Sequence record: DRR723986_4205
Direction: 5' to 3' (one strand)
DNA length: 64,000 nucleotides
Shown: piece after piece, positions 1 to 10,700 of the stretch
How the letters are laid out: every line of letters begins with the position of its first letter
Numbering within the stretch: the stretch's first letter is position 1
Notes under the pieces: model-generated
Told to the model about the DNA's origin: nothing
The model's database searches: none
Seen by the model: only the letters and a program-made list of their open reading frames with translations
Position numbers and translations under genes: made by a program

Positions 1-380
1 TCGAGGTAGACATGCGGGTTCAGCCAGGTAAACGCGAGGCAGATCAGCAAGGTCTGCACCAGGGTGCCGCTGGCATCACCCTCTGGCTCAAGCGAATGAC
101 GGGTGCGGAAGGCGGTGATCAGGCTTCTCACACCATAGGCGGTGAGGAAGGCGGCACCACCCCATCGGGCAACCGGTACAACTGCCGGGTAGGCCTCAAC
201 AATCGCGCCAAAGCCCGCCACGCCCGCGGCGATCAACAGTGCATCTGACAGGGCACACACCGAACAGACCAGGAAAACATAGTGCTTACGCAAGCCCTGC
301 TTAAGCACAAAGGCATTCTGCGCACCGATGGCGACAATGAGTGATAGACCGAGCAGAAAGCCGGCGAGCAAGGATTCCAT
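1..380 (-). CDS. argO: LysE/ArgO family amino-acid exporter (runs off the left edge)
   Basis: Not in the ORF track. My translation from the ATG at 380 gives MESLLAGFLLGLSLIVAIGAQNAFVLKQGLRKHYVFLVCSVCALSDALLI, the typical LysE/ArgO N-terminus. Confidence 0.85.
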   Translation of the reverse strand, partial: MESLLAGFLLGLSLIVAIGAQNAFVLKQGLRKHYVFLVCSVCALSDALLIAAGVAGFGAIVEAYPAVVPVARWGGAAFLTAYGVRSLITAFRTRHSLEPEGDASGTLVQTLLICLAFTWLNPHVYL

Positions 381-574
381 CAGAATGCGTCTACAAGGCC
401 GACGGCCGGCTTCAGGACAAGCGTGATCGCCCTCGACTCGCTACAGCAACCCAACAATGACACCGGCCCACTCCCTACCCTGCTCGACAAGGACGGCAGC
501 TTAGCGCCTCCGGCCACGCCTGTCAGGTTACAGGTGACCAACATCGCCAGCCGAATACCTGTAAAATAATTGCC

Positions 575-1603
575 TTGTCACTGACTAATGCTGCCAGACA
601 CTTGCACAACCAACACACATTCTGCATCGCCCCGATGATGGATTGGTCTGACCATCATTGCCGCTACTTCTGGCGCCTGCTGACCCGGCAGGCACTGCTG
701 TATACCGAGATGGTAACCACCGGTGCGCTGATCCATGGCGACCGCGAGCGCTTCCTGCACTTCAACCGGGAGGAGCACCCCGTTGCACTGCAACTGGGGG
801 GCTCCGACCCGACGGACCTGGCTCGCTGTGCCCGCTGGGCCGAGGAATGGGGCTACGACGAGGTCAACGTGAACTGCGGCTGTCCCTCTGATCGGGTACA
901 GTCCGGCATGTTCGGCGCCTGCCTGATGGCACATCCGCAGTTGGTGGCGGATTGCGTGAAGGCAATGCGTGATGCCTGCGCAATTCCGGTGACGGTCAAG
1001 CATCGCATCGGTATTGATGCGATGGACAGCTACGACCAGATGGCGGACTTCGTGGCACCGATCCGTGAGGCCGGTTGCGATGTGTTTATCGTGCATGCAC
1101 GCAAGGCTTGGCTGCAGGGCCTGTCGCCCAAGGAAAACCGGGAGATACCGCCGCTGGTTTACCCCTGGGTCTATCGACTGAAGCAGGACTTTCCCGATCT
1201 GACGGTAGTGATCAATGGCGGCATCCGGACACTGGAAGAGTGCCAGGAGCACCTGCGGCATGTCGACGGAGTCATGCTCGGACGCGAAGCCTACCAGAAC
1301 CCCTGGCTGCTGGCGGAGGTGGATACGGCGCTGTTCGGGATGGACAAAGTGGCGACGAGTCGGGATGATGTTGTTGCTGCCCTGCTGCCTTATGTGGAGC
1401 AGCAACTCGCCAGCGGTGCCAACCTGAATCACATCACGCGCCACATCCTGGGCCTATACCAGAATGTCCCCGGGGCGCGTAAATTTCGGCGGCACCTCAG
1501 TGAAAATGCCTACAAGGCGGAGGCCGGTATCGATGTCCTGGTAGAGGCCCACCGGCTGGTCAGCGACCTCGCCAGCCAGGCACGCACGAAACCCGCGGCC
1601 TAA
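575..1603 (+). CDS. dusA: tRNA dihydrouridine(20/20a) synthase DusA
   Basis: Motifs [50 protein letters not shown]. Start codon uncertain. Confidence 0.95.
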   Translation: MSLTNAARHLHNQHTFCIAPMMDWSDHHCRYFWRLLTRQALLYTEMVTTGALIHGDRERFLHFNREEHPVALQLGGSDPTDLARCARWAEEWGYDEVNVNCGCPSDRVQSGMFGACLMAHPQLVADCVKAMRDACAIPVTVKHRIGIDAMDSYDQMADFVAPIREAGCDVFIVHARKAWLQGLSPKENREIPPLVYPWVYRLKQDFPDLTVVINGGIRTLEECQEHLRHVDGVMLGREAYQNPWLLAEVDTALFGMDKVATSRDDVVAALLPYVEQQLASGANLNHITRHILGLYQNVPGARKFRRHLSENAYKAEAGIDVLVEAHRLVSDLASQARTKPAA

Positions 1604-1620
1604 GACACAGAGTGATAGCG

Positions 1621-2574
1621 ATGACGAACAAACTGGACCAACTCAAGTCGATGACCGATGTGGTCGCGGATACCGGTGACATTCAGGCCATAGCGCGGTT
1701 TGAGCCATTGGATGCCACTACCAACCCGTCGCTGTTGCTCAAGGCTGCTGCGCTGCCCCATTATGCGGAGCTGCTGGCATCGGCAAAGACCTGGGCCAGC
1801 GCCAGGGCCGGCAGCGATGCGGAACAGCTGGCCGACTGCTGCGACCGCTTCGCAGTGGACGTCGGCAAGGAAATCCTCGCAATCATCCCCGGCCGCATTT
1901 CCACCGAGGTAGATGCCCGCCTGTCCTTCGATAAGCAGGGCACCATGGAACGGGCCCGCAAACTGATTGGCATGTACGAAGACGCCGGTATCGCGCGGGA
2001 ACGCATCCTGATCAAGACCGCCTCCACCTGGGAAGGCATCCAGGCAGCGCGGCAACTGGAGCGGGAAAACATCAACTGCAACCTGACCCTCTTGTTCGGT
2101 TTCGACCAGGCCGCCGCCTGCGCGGATGCGGGAGTGTTCCTGATTTCACCCTTCGTCGGCAGGATTCTGGACTGGTACAAGGCGAACACGGATCTGGCCA
2201 TCGCATCGCCGCAGGATGATCCCGGCGTCCAGTCCGTCACCCGGATCTACAACTATTACAAGCAGCACGGCTATGAAACGGTGGTGATGGGCGCCAGCTT
2301 TCGCAACACCGGCGAAATCGAGGCACTGGCCGGCTGCGACCGCCTGACCATCAGCCCACAGCTGCTCGAAGAATTGTCTGCTGACACCGGCGAGCTACCG
2401 CAGCGCCTGGGTGCCGGCAGCGACGCTACTGGCGAGGCCCTCGCAGCGCCCGCCGAAGCGCAGTTTCGTTACGGACTCAACAGTGATGCCATGGCCACCG
2501 AGAAACTGGCCGAGGGCATTCGCAATTTCGTCACCGACCAGGTGAAACTGGAAAAATTGATAAGCGCACAATGA
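1621..2574 (+). CDS. tal: Transaldolase
   Basis: Motifs [53 protein letters not shown]. Confidence 0.96.
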   Translation: MTNKLDQLKSMTDVVADTGDIQAIARFEPLDATTNPSLLLKAAALPHYAELLASAKTWASARAGSDAEQLADCCDRFAVDVGKEILAIIPGRISTEVDARLSFDKQGTMERARKLIGMYEDAGIARERILIKTASTWEGIQAARQLERENINCNLTLLFGFDQAAACADAGVFLISPFVGRILDWYKANTDLAIASPQDDPGVQSVTRIYNYYKQHGYETVVMGASFRNTGEIEALAGCDRLTISPQLLEELSADTGELPQRLGAGSDATGEALAAPAEAQFRYGLNSDAMATEKLAEGIRNFVTDQVKLEKLISAQ

Positions 2575-3017
2575 TCAAGGCATTTCTTTCCCTGTTCGAA
2601 CTTCCGGAAGCGCAGTCCGAGGATGACACCCGGCACCAGGTACGGCTGGCCGCGGCGGCGCTGCTGATCGAGACAGCAAGGGCCGACTTCAGCCAGACAG
2701 AGGACGAGGAGCAGGCACTGGAGCAGCTGCTGGCAGACGCCCTCAAGCTGTCAGCGACAGACGTCCATGAACTCGTAAAACTGGCCGGCGACCGGGTCGA
2801 TGAGTCAACCTCCCTGTACGAATTCACCCGGGTGATCAACGACCACTACACGCCCCAGCAAAAGCTCCAGCTCATTTCAGCCATGTGGCGGGTGGCCTAC
2901 GCTGATAAGCGGATCGACAAATACGAGGAGCACCTGATTCGGCGAGTCGCGGAACTGACCTATGTGGCTCACGAGGATTATATTCGCGCCAAGCTGAATG
3001 CCCAGCAGGAGGATTGA
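2571..3017 (+). CDS. TerB family (tellurite-resistance-like) protein
   Basis: Helical TerB pattern [12 protein letters not shown] ... [10 protein letters not shown] ... [27 protein letters not shown] overlap with tal. Confidence 0.8.
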   Translation: MIKAFLSLFELPEAQSEDDTRHQVRLAAAALLIETARADFSQTEDEEQALEQLLADALKLSATDVHELVKLAGDRVDESTSLYEFTRVINDHYTPQQKLQLISAMWRVAYADKRIDKYEEHLIRRVAELTYVAHEDYIRAKLNAQQED

Positions 3018-3019
3018 GC

Positions 3020-3502
3020 CTAGCTGTGTTCCAGGGCGGTCATCAGGTCCCTGAACCGGACCCGGTTCTCATCTGACAAGCCCATCAGGATGCGGTGGGC
3101 TTCTATCACTTTCTCCTTCACCGCGTCTTCGCTGCCCTCCACCACCGGGATCTCGTTAACGTCGGTCGGGCTGCAGCACACCTCCTCGCGCAGCTCGAAC
3201 AGGCGCTGGAAGCCCATGCTCTTGAGCAGGCGATTGATACCGGGGTCGCAGGAATAGATCGCAGGCCGGAAACCAAAACGTTCCTCCACCTGCAGCGCTA
3301 ACTTGGCCAACAGGCCCAGGGTGGTGCTGTCGATACCCTCGGCCTCGCACAGGTCGACCCAGACGCTGGCAAACTCGGGATCTTCGAACATGTGCTGGAA
3401 GTAGTCGTCAATTCGGGTGCACAGGGTGAGGCGAACATCACCGGTCATGCGGATTACGTAAGCGCCATGGTGGCTTGCGGCGAGTACGCGTCCGTCGCTC
3501 AT
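3020..3502 (-). CDS. rssC: STAS-domain anti-sigma factor antagonist (RssC-like)
   Basis: GDVRLTLC and VDLCEAEGIDSTTLGLLAK (STAS D-S-T motif). Lies directly after the RssB-like gene; start set at MSDGRV. Confidence 0.85.
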   Translation of the reverse strand: MSDGRVLAASHHGAYVIRMTGDVRLTLCTRIDDYFQHMFEDPEFASVWVDLCEAEGIDSTTLGLLAKLALQVEERFGFRPAIYSCDPGINRLLKSMGFQRLFELREEVCCSPTDVNEIPVVEGSEDAVKEKVIEAHRILMGLSDENRVRFRDLMTALEHS

Positions 3503-3503
3503 C

Positions 3504-4688
3504 TCAGCCACGCTTGCTGATAAACAGCGCGGCAATATCGTCCGGAGCGGTTTCCACCGAATCCAGACCAAGGCGGGTTGCCAGCTCTTCCGGCGAGTCG
3601 GCGGTTTGCTCGAAAACTTCCAGGAAGTACTTCTCTTTGTCGATCAGGTTTCTTGGCGGCAGTATCTCCAGGATGCCGTCGGAGAACAGCGCCAGCATGA
3701 AGCTCTGCGGCAGCTCGATCATATGCTCTTCGTATTGCGGTTCGTCCATGAGGCCCACCGCTGAGCCCTCGCCCCGCAGGTAGCGCGCGCCCTGCTGGGA
3801 CACCAGCACCGGCTGTGGCAGATGCCCGGCCACGCTGTAGCGCAGGGTGTTGGCTTCCATATCCAGCAAACCCACGACCATGGTGGCGAATTTGCCCACG
3901 TCCAGCTCCATCAACTCCTTGTTGGCGCGCTTGAGCATCGCCACCGGACTGGTGATGGTGTCGTCATTGCGGCGCAGGAAATCGGAGCGCTTGCGGGCGA
4001 ACAGGTTCTTCAGCAGGACGGTGGCAAAGGCCGAGGAACTGCCATGGCCGGACACATCGGCCATAAAAAAGGTCACGTACTTGCTGCCGACGGTGAAGTA
4101 ATCGGTGAAGTCGCCGCTGAGGTAGAGCGAGGGAATAACCGTGTGACTGAACACGTAATCACCCTGCACCATGGGTGAGACGGGCAGCATGGCCAGCTGC
4201 ACCTGGCGCCCGGCCTGCTGGTCCTGTTCCAGCATTTTCACCGTGCCCCGCAGCTCGACGTTGGTCGCTTCCAGCCGTTTGCGGGATTCTTCGAGCTCCC
4301 GGCGCATCTGCCGCTGGCGCACACAGCGCTCAATGGACTTGTACAGGGCCGCGGGGTCCTCGACCGGACGCAGGAAGAAATCGCTCGCGCCGAGGCGCAG
4401 CGCGGTCATCATACGCTCGGTCTCAACGACATCGCTGAACATGATCGCCGGCACCTGGATGTCCATTTCCCGCAGGGTGCGCCTGGCCTCACCCCAGGAC
4501 ACGCCCTTGAGATCAAGTTCACAGAGAATCACATCCAGGTCGCTGCTGGACGCCAGCGAATAGTGGGAATTGTTTACGTCGGTGACCACTTCGGTGTGGA
4601 ATCCCCCGGCGCGCACCAGCTCTGCCAGTTGTTCCGCGCGGGTGGAATCGTCATCGATGACCAGGACATTGCCAGTGGGCGTCATCAT
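3504..4688 (-). CDS. rssB: Receiver domain + PP2C/SpoIIE phosphatase protein (Pseudomonas-type RssB-like)
   Basis: N-terminal REC, coiled coil, then PSLYLSGDFTDYF, ADVSGHGSSSAF, FSDGILE and PDDIA PP2C motifs. Confidence 0.85.
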   Translation of the reverse strand: MMTPTGNVLVIDDDSTRAEQLAELVRAGGFHTEVVTDVNNSHYSLASSSDLDVILCELDLKGVSWGEARRTLREMDIQVPAIMFSDVVETERMMTALRLGASDFFLRPVEDPAALYKSIERCVRQRQMRRELEESRKRLEATNVELRGTVKMLEQDQQAGRQVQLAMLPVSPMVQGDYVFSHTVIPSLYLSGDFTDYFTVGSKYVTFFMADVSGHGSSSAFATVLLKNLFARKRSDFLRRNDDTITSPVAMLKRANKELMELDVGKFATMVVGLLDMEANTLRYSVAGHLPQPVLVSQQGARYLRGEGSAVGLMDEPQYEEHMIELPQSFMLALFSDGILEILPPRNLIDKEKYFLEVFEQTADSPEELATRLGLDSVETAPDDIAALFISKRG

Positions 4689-4826
4689 GCAGGTTCTACG
4701 TCGAGATTGGGCGTGACAGTACGCCCATCCCGGGGGGTGAACAACCGCCGCAGTGCAGAATTGGGTAGGATTTCACAATTTTGCCCAGTTACCGCCGCAG
4801 ATCACTCCCGGTGCCCGGAATCAGGC

Positions 4827-5552
4827 TCAGAAGTCCTCACCCCATTCATCGTCGAAATTGGAAAAATCATCCACTACCGCCCCGTCATTGACGAAAGCTT
4901 CCCGCTGCTGGAGGTAGGCATCGCGCACGAAGATATAGCGGTCGCCGCTGATCAGCTCATCCGCACTCAGCAGACGTGAGCGCCCATCGACCAGTTCCAG
5001 ACCCCAGATCGAGTTACGCAGGCGCACATTATCGATATAGGTCGGCACCGAGGTATAGGTATCCACAATGGTTCCGGTGCCGCTGCGGAAGGTCCGCGGG
5101 CCAAACAGGGGAACCATCACGTAGGGGCCGCGGGGTACACCCCAGATCGCCAGGGTATGGCCAAAATCGGTGCGGTAGGGCCGGATTCCCAGTTCGGTGG
5201 CCACGTCGAACAGGCCAAACACGCCCAGCGTGGAGTTGACCAGGAAACGCCCGCCCCCCTGGGCTGCGCCGCTGAAGCGGCCTTGCAGCACCGCGTTGAT
5301 CGTGGCGTTGAAGTCGTACAGGTTGGCGAAGAAGTTGCCAACACCCCGCTTCACTTCAGTCGGGGTGACGAAGTCATAACTGGCGGCAACCGGGCGCAAC
5401 AGGAAGCGATCGACGCCATCGTTGAAGGCAAACATCGGCCGATTGATGAATTCCAGGGGATCCACGTTGTTTTCGGGAGGCAGTACGTCCTGGGCGGCGG
5501 CGCTCAGGGGCGCCAGGAGCACAAGCGTGAGGAGAATACGTTGAAAGTTCAT
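4827..5552 (-). CDS. mlaA: MlaA/VacJ outer-membrane lipid asymmetry protein
   Basis: DPLEFINRPMFAFN, RFLVNSTLGVFGLFDVA, DFGHTLAIWGV..GPYVMVPLFGP, DRYIFVRDAYLQ. Confidence 0.92.
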   Translation of the reverse strand: MNFQRILLTLVLLAPLSAAAQDVLPPENNVDPLEFINRPMFAFNDGVDRFLLRPVAASYDFVTPTEVKRGVGNFFANLYDFNATINAVLQGRFSGAAQGGGRFLVNSTLGVFGLFDVATELGIRPYRTDFGHTLAIWGVPRGPYVMVPLFGPRTFRSGTGTIVDTYTSVPTYIDNVRLRNSIWGLELVDGRSRLLSADELISGDRYIFVRDAYLQQREAFVNDGAVVDDFSNFDDEWGEDF

Positions 5553-5625
5553 TAGGCCCGTTTCCGGTTCTTTTCCGCGCTAGTTTAGGTGTCTGTATGG
5601 TACGCGGCAACTGCCAGTGATGGAT

Positions 5626-6375
5626 TCAGGCAGCGACGCCATACAGGACCGATAGCTGCCGCAGCCGGTCCAGCTCAGGTACCGCGAAGGCGGCCACGGC
5701 TTCAGGCGTCATTGCCATCTCCTGGGCCAGGGTGACCAGCAGCTCCCGGGCAGTCTGGTCCTGGTTATCCCGCACCAGCTCCAGCAAGCGAGCCAGCGGC
5801 GCGCTGAGGGCCAGGAAGCGGACCTTATCATCCCGGTTGCGATAGACCGTGAGGTAGGTCGGCTCGCCGACGGATTCGGGCGCAAACCCCGGTCCGATAC
5901 GGTGCACCGGGAACCGGTAGCTCAACACCCAGGCCAGGGGGGACAGGCGGAGGACACCGTCCAGTGTATCGCAGGCCTCATCGTCATCGGGCACCTCCTC
6001 CTCAGCGACGTCCAGGGCAAGTTCCACCCATTCGTAATGGGCCAGCTCTGCAAGAAATGGGGGGTCGCAAGGTTGCGGCTCAAAACCTTCCATGACGAAA
6101 CGCAGGAACTCCTGGCTGATCTCCAGGAAATACGGCGTGTGGCAGCGATGGGTATCGATAAACCGCCGGACCAGGCCGTGCCAGGCCTCATCGCCATACA
6201 GGCTGCGCAGCACCGGGAAGCCACCGCGGATAAACCCCTCGATATTGTTGTAGATAAGGTCCTGGTAGATCTGCAGTCGGCGGGGTTCGACCCCTTCCGG
6301 AGCGGGCTGGCCCTGGGGGTCGCGCAGGTACCGGGCCATACGCAGCTGGCTTTCAAGCAGTGCGGAGCGGCTCAC
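5626..6375 (-). CDS. DUF2063 RiPP maturation partner protein (HvfC/BufC-like)
   Basis: RRLQIYQDLIYNN..FPVLR, CHTPYFLEISQEFL, ELAHYEWVEL. Overlaps the DUF692 gene. Confidence 0.85.
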   Translation of the reverse strand: MSRSALLESQLRMARYLRDPQGQPAPEGVEPRRLQIYQDLIYNNIEGFIRGGFPVLRSLYGDEAWHGLVRRFIDTHRCHTPYFLEISQEFLRFVMEGFEPQPCDPPFLAELAHYEWVELALDVAEEEVPDDDEACDTLDGVLRLSPLAWVLSYRFPVHRIGPGFAPESVGEPTYLTVYRNRDDKVRFLALSAPLARLLELVRDNQDQTARELLVTLAQEMAMTPEAVAAFAVPELDRLRQLSVLYGVAA

Positions 6376-7229
6376 CCGGTAACCGCCCGGCAGTCATCGG
6401 CTGGGGCAGGATCGGTCTGGGCGCGGCGCACACGGGCCACCTCCAGCAGCAACTCAGCCAGAGGCGGCAGGTTGAAGTCGCGCTCGAGCAGCGTCGGCAG
6501 CGGGCCCACCCGCTGGTAGGCTTGGTCCAGCAAAGCCCAAACCGGGTCGATAACATCGGCCCCGTGGGTATCAACCTTCAGATCCTCGGCCTCGTCGTAG
6601 TGGCCTGCAATGTGGATATAGCGCGCCTTCTCTAGGGGAAGCGAATCGAGGAAGTGGACCGGGTCATAGCCGTGATTGATGCTGTTGACGTAGATATTAT
6701 TGACGTCCAGCAGCAACTCGCAACCCGACTCCTCGAGCACGGCGCTGATAAATTGCGCTTCGCTGAGCTCGGTGTGCGGCTGAGCGTAATAAGAGGCGTT
6801 TTCCAGCGCTATCGGCCGGCCGATAATATCCTGCACCTGGCGCACACGCGCGGCCACATGCTGTACGGCCTCACTGGTAAACGGTATTGGCAGCAGGTCG
6901 TAGAGATGGCCCTCTGCCGCGCAATAGGTCAGGTGCTCACTGTAAATCGGTGCATCGATGGTCTCTATCAGGCCGCGCACCGCCTTGACCAACTCCGTAT
7001 CGATCGGATCGGGCCCACCGATATCCAGCGACAGGCCGTGTAAGGCCACAGGATACCTTTCCGCCAGTTGGCGGAACTGACGACCGAAGCGGCCACCTAC
7101 CCCAATCCAGTTCTCCGGTGCGATTTCCAGGAAATCTACCGCATCGGGGTCCATAGACGAAAGCGGGCCCATCAGGGCCCGCCTCAGACCGAGACCCGCA
7201 CCGCGGAAGTCCCGGTTGTTACCACTCAT
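6372..7229 (-). CDS. DUF692 multinuclear non-heme iron-dependent oxidative enzyme (MNIO; HvfB/BufB-like)
   Basis: GLGLRR, EIAPENW, HGLSLDIGG, SEHL, LYDLLP, LENASYY, LLLDVNNIYVN, HIAGH, VDTHG, LLERD. Confidence 0.93.
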   Translation of the reverse strand: MSGNNRDFRGAGLGLRRALMGPLSSMDPDAVDFLEIAPENWIGVGGRFGRQFRQLAERYPVALHGLSLDIGGPDPIDTELVKAVRGLIETIDAPIYSEHLTYCAAEGHLYDLLPIPFTSEAVQHVAARVRQVQDIIGRPIALENASYYAQPHTELSEAQFISAVLEESGCELLLDVNNIYVNSINHGYDPVHFLDSLPLEKARYIHIAGHYDEAEDLKVDTHGADVIDPVWALLDQAYQRVGPLPTLLERDFNLPPLAELLLEVARVRRAQTDPAPADDCRAVTG

Positions 7230-7232
7230 GGA

Positions 7233-7577
7233 TCAGGCGCCGCCGCACTTACCTTCGCCGCATTTGCCTTCACCTTCGGCTTTCTCTTCGCCGCACTTGC
7301 CTTCACCGCACTTGCCTTCGCCGTCGGCTTTCTCTTCACCGCACTTGCCTTCGCCGCACTTGCCTTCGCCGTCGGCTTTGCCCTCACCACACTTGCCTTC
7401 GCCGCACTTGCCTTCACCGTCCCCCTTCTCGTGGTGACCGTAGTTGGCCAGGTCGTAGCCACCGCTCAGCTGCTGGGCGGAAAACGGATTGACTTCGGCC
7501 GATGCCAAAGGCGCGATGGAGCTTGCCAGAAATGCCGCGCCCAGTGCCGCCGCAAGAGGTTTCTTCGATTGAGCCAT
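7233..7577 (-). CDS. HvfA-type RiPP precursor: Sec signal peptide plus eight EGKCG motifs
   Basis: Signal peptide MAQSKKPLAAALGAAFLASSIAPLASA, then NPF..LSGGY and four EGKCGEGKCG pairs. Immediately upstream of DUF692/DUF2063. Confidence 0.92.
   Translation of the reverse strand: MAQSKKPLAAALGAAFLASSIAPLASAEVNPFSAQQLSGGYDLANYGHHEKGDGEGKCGEGKCGEGKADGEGKCGEGKCGEEKADGEGKCGEGKCGEEKAEGEGKCGEGKCGGA
7242..7415 (-). repeat. Coding tandem repeat, about 48-nt (16-aa) period, encoding EGKCGEGKCG-E(G/E)KA(D/E)G
   Basis: Repeated ccgcacttgccttc units on the + strand. Confidence 0.9.
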
Positions 7578-7784
7578 GATAGGTTCCCTGTGTCTCTATA
7601 TGAGTTTGTATTGCTTTCCGACCTGCCCGTGAGGAGAGTCCCCGACGGCAGCGTTCGTGATAGCTACGACAGAGTATTGGCGGAATGGTTTCACATCGCC
7701 CCCCTGGGAAATGGTAATTTTTCACAATTTGACGCAAGAAGTCCTGTTGTCGAGCTTTCGTCCAGCCGTGCCCGGGAGCGTTTT

Positions 7785-10700
7785 CTAGTGCGGATTTGCC
7801 TTGAGCCAGGCGGCGACCTCCTCCCAGCGGGCCTGAATGCGCTTGCTGGATACCGCCTGGCGAGTGCCGAGGTTCTGGGCAAACAGGGACACCCGGAACT
7901 CCTCCAGCAACCAGCGAAAATCTGCCGCCGGCTCACTCACCAGCAGTATTCCCGGTCGGCCGGCAAGCAGCTCGGCCAGGTTTTCCTCAAAGCCGGCGAG
8001 CAGGCCCTGGTTCTTCTGATCTTTGGCGTACTGGCCCGAGAGTCGCTCAATCCGCACCAGCAGCGCTTTCATGTACCGAGGCAGCTGTGCCAGCCAGTCT
8101 GGCGGCGTATCGGTAATAAAGCCGGGCAGCAACAGGCGAGCCAGCTGGGTCTCGATGTCCGCCCGGGTATCCGGGTAGCTCGCCCCCGGTAGCGCCGCCA
8201 GTCGGCGCCGGGCCTCCGCCAATGGTAGCAGCGCATTGCGGAGGATGGACTCCAACTCGGTCGCAATCGTGACCACCTCGCTGCGGCTGCGCGCCATGGC
8301 CGCCTCGAAAGTGGCACGCTCCCGGGGTAGCTGGTCTTCCGGACCCAGGCTATGCAGGAACGCGGCCGTGACCAGATCGTCCAGCAGCACTTCCCGGTCC
8401 AGTTGGGCGCCCGCCAGCGCCAGGTTGAATTCATTGCCGCGCAGCAATTGTTTGCGCAGGTAACGGGCGGCCTGGCTGTTCAGCAGTTGAGCCAGCCGGG
8501 CAAGCCCGCGCCGGTGCGCGATACGGGCATCAGCCGGGTAGTCAAAAAGACGGATCGCCACGCGGTCCTTGCAATCGACCAGGGCCGGGTAAGAGACGAT
8601 TTCGACCCCCGCCTGGCGGAAACGCCACTCGACCGGGATCTTATCGAAATCCCAGGCAGTGATGTCCTCCCTCGCCGGCCCGGTTTGCGGCGCAGTGCTG
8701 ATCTGTTCAGCGGTGTCATCCCGGAAGCGACGTATCAGCTCATCCAGATCGCGGCCCTGGGCGAGCAAGCGACCATCGGCATCCACCACTCGGACATTCA
8801 TCCGGTAATACTCGTCCAGCGCAGCGCTAGTGAAATCAGCGGCACGCAATCGCACGCCGCCCCGGCGCCCCAACACGAGGGCCAGCGCCTCGAGCAGGTC
8901 GACATTGTCCGGCTCGAGTTCGCGCAATGCTTCATCTACCCGATCCGGCACCGGGACCAGGTTTTTGCGCAGCGCCTTGGGCAGGCCCTTAACCAGCTGA
9001 ATACACTTTTCGCGCAGCATCCCCGGCACCAGCCAATCGAAGCGGTAGCGCGGCACCCGGTTGAGCAAGGCAACCGGCACGGTCACCGACACGCCGTCCG
9101 TATTCCCGCCGGGTTCGAACTGGTAGCTCAGGCGATACTGGGTGCCCTCCCAGACAAGCTGGTCCGGAAACTGAGCACCCAGGTCCGCGTCCGGGTTGCG
9201 GGCCATGAGGACGTCGCGACTGCAGTACAACCCGCGCTCCGCCTCCGGGTTCTGCTTCAGCCAGGACTGCAGCCGCCGGGCGGTGTAGGCATCCTCGGGC
9301 AGGCGCTCATCGTAAAATTCAAACAATACCTGCTCATCGGCCAGGATATCGCGACGCCGGGTGCGAGATTCGAGGTCCTCCAGCTCCCGCACCAGGCGCT
9401 GGTTATGCTTCAGAAAAGCCGGGAACTGGCGATAGCGGCCGGCGACCAGGCCCTCGCGGATCAGGATCTCCCGGGACGTTACCGGATCGATCCCGCCGTA
9501 ATGCACGCTGCGCTTGTCTGCCACCGTCAGGCCGAACAGCGCGACCCGCTCCCAGGCCATCACCCGGCCGCTGCGCGGTTGCCAGCGCGGCTCGTAATAG
9601 TGATGCTTGAGCAGGTCCGGATTGATATCCAGCACCCACTCCGGCTCTATTGCCGCCACCATGCGGGCAAAGACCTTGCTGGTCTCAACGATCTCGGCGG
9701 CCACAATCCACCGGGGCGGCTTGCGGTACTGGGACGACCCCGGAAAAATCTGCAGCTTGCGATTACGGGCACCGAGAAACTCCCGGCCCTGCTCCTGCAG
9801 GGCAATGTTGCCCAGCAAGCCCGCCAGCAGCGCGCAATGAACCCCGTTGTAGTTCTCCTGTTCCGCCAGCACCGGCTTGGGCCGCAGCTTCTGCTGCCGG
9901 CAGGCAATACTGAGCTGGGCGTGTACATCCCGCCATTCCCGCATACGCAGGAAGGAGAGGTATTCCCGCTTGCACAGCTTGCGCAACTGGTTCTGGCTCA
10001 GGGACTGGCGCTGCTCCTCGTAGTACCGCCAGAGCTGAAGCCAGGCCATGAAATCCGAGCGGGGATGGCGAAAGCGGGCATGCTGCTGATCCGCCTGGGA
10101 CTGCTTGTCCGCCGGACGCTCCCGGGGGTCCTGGATTGACAGCGCGCTGGCAATGACCAGGATTTCCTCCAGGCAGCCCTGCCCCTGGGCCGCAAGGATC
10201 ATGCGCGCCAGGCTGGGGTCGATCGGCAGGCGCGCCATGCGCCGGCCGAGCCCGGTGAGCTTACCCTTGGCGTTTACCGCGCCGAGTTCCTCCAGCAGGC
10301 GAAACCCGTCGCGGACCATACGCCCGTCGGGCGGGTCGATAAACGGGAAGCGCTCGATATCCCCCAGACCCAGCTGCAGCATTTGTAATATGACCGCAGC
10401 GAGATTGGTCCGCCGAATTTCCGGGTCAGTGAATTCCGGGCGGGCGGTAAAGTCCTCTTCGCTGTAGAGGCGAAGGCAGACCCCGGCAGCAACCCGACCG
10501 CAGCGCCCCTGGCGCTGGTTGGCGCTGGCCTGGGAGATGGGCTCGATCGGCAGGCGCTGCAGGCGGCTGCGATAACTGTAGCGACTGATTCGCGCCTCAC
10601 CCGGATCAATCACGTAGCGGATACCGGGCACGGTGATAGAGGTCTCTGCCACGTTGGTCGCCAGTACCACCCGGATACCCCGGCGGCGCCCTGTCTCAAA

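Noticed and set aside
381-700. dusA 5' end as an integration site of a dusA-associated genomic island
   Set aside because: No integrase or duplicated dusA fragment is visible, and the upstream gene is an ordinary LysE/ArgO exporter.
7216-7462. Repetitive ORFs (PHLPS repeats; KASAA repeats) and a possible CRISPR-like repeat
   Set aside because: These are alternative frames of the EGKCG coding repeat. There are no unique spacers and no cas genes.
8352-10139. 595-aa plus-strand ORF
   Set aside because: Antisense shadow of hrpA with no recognisable domain.
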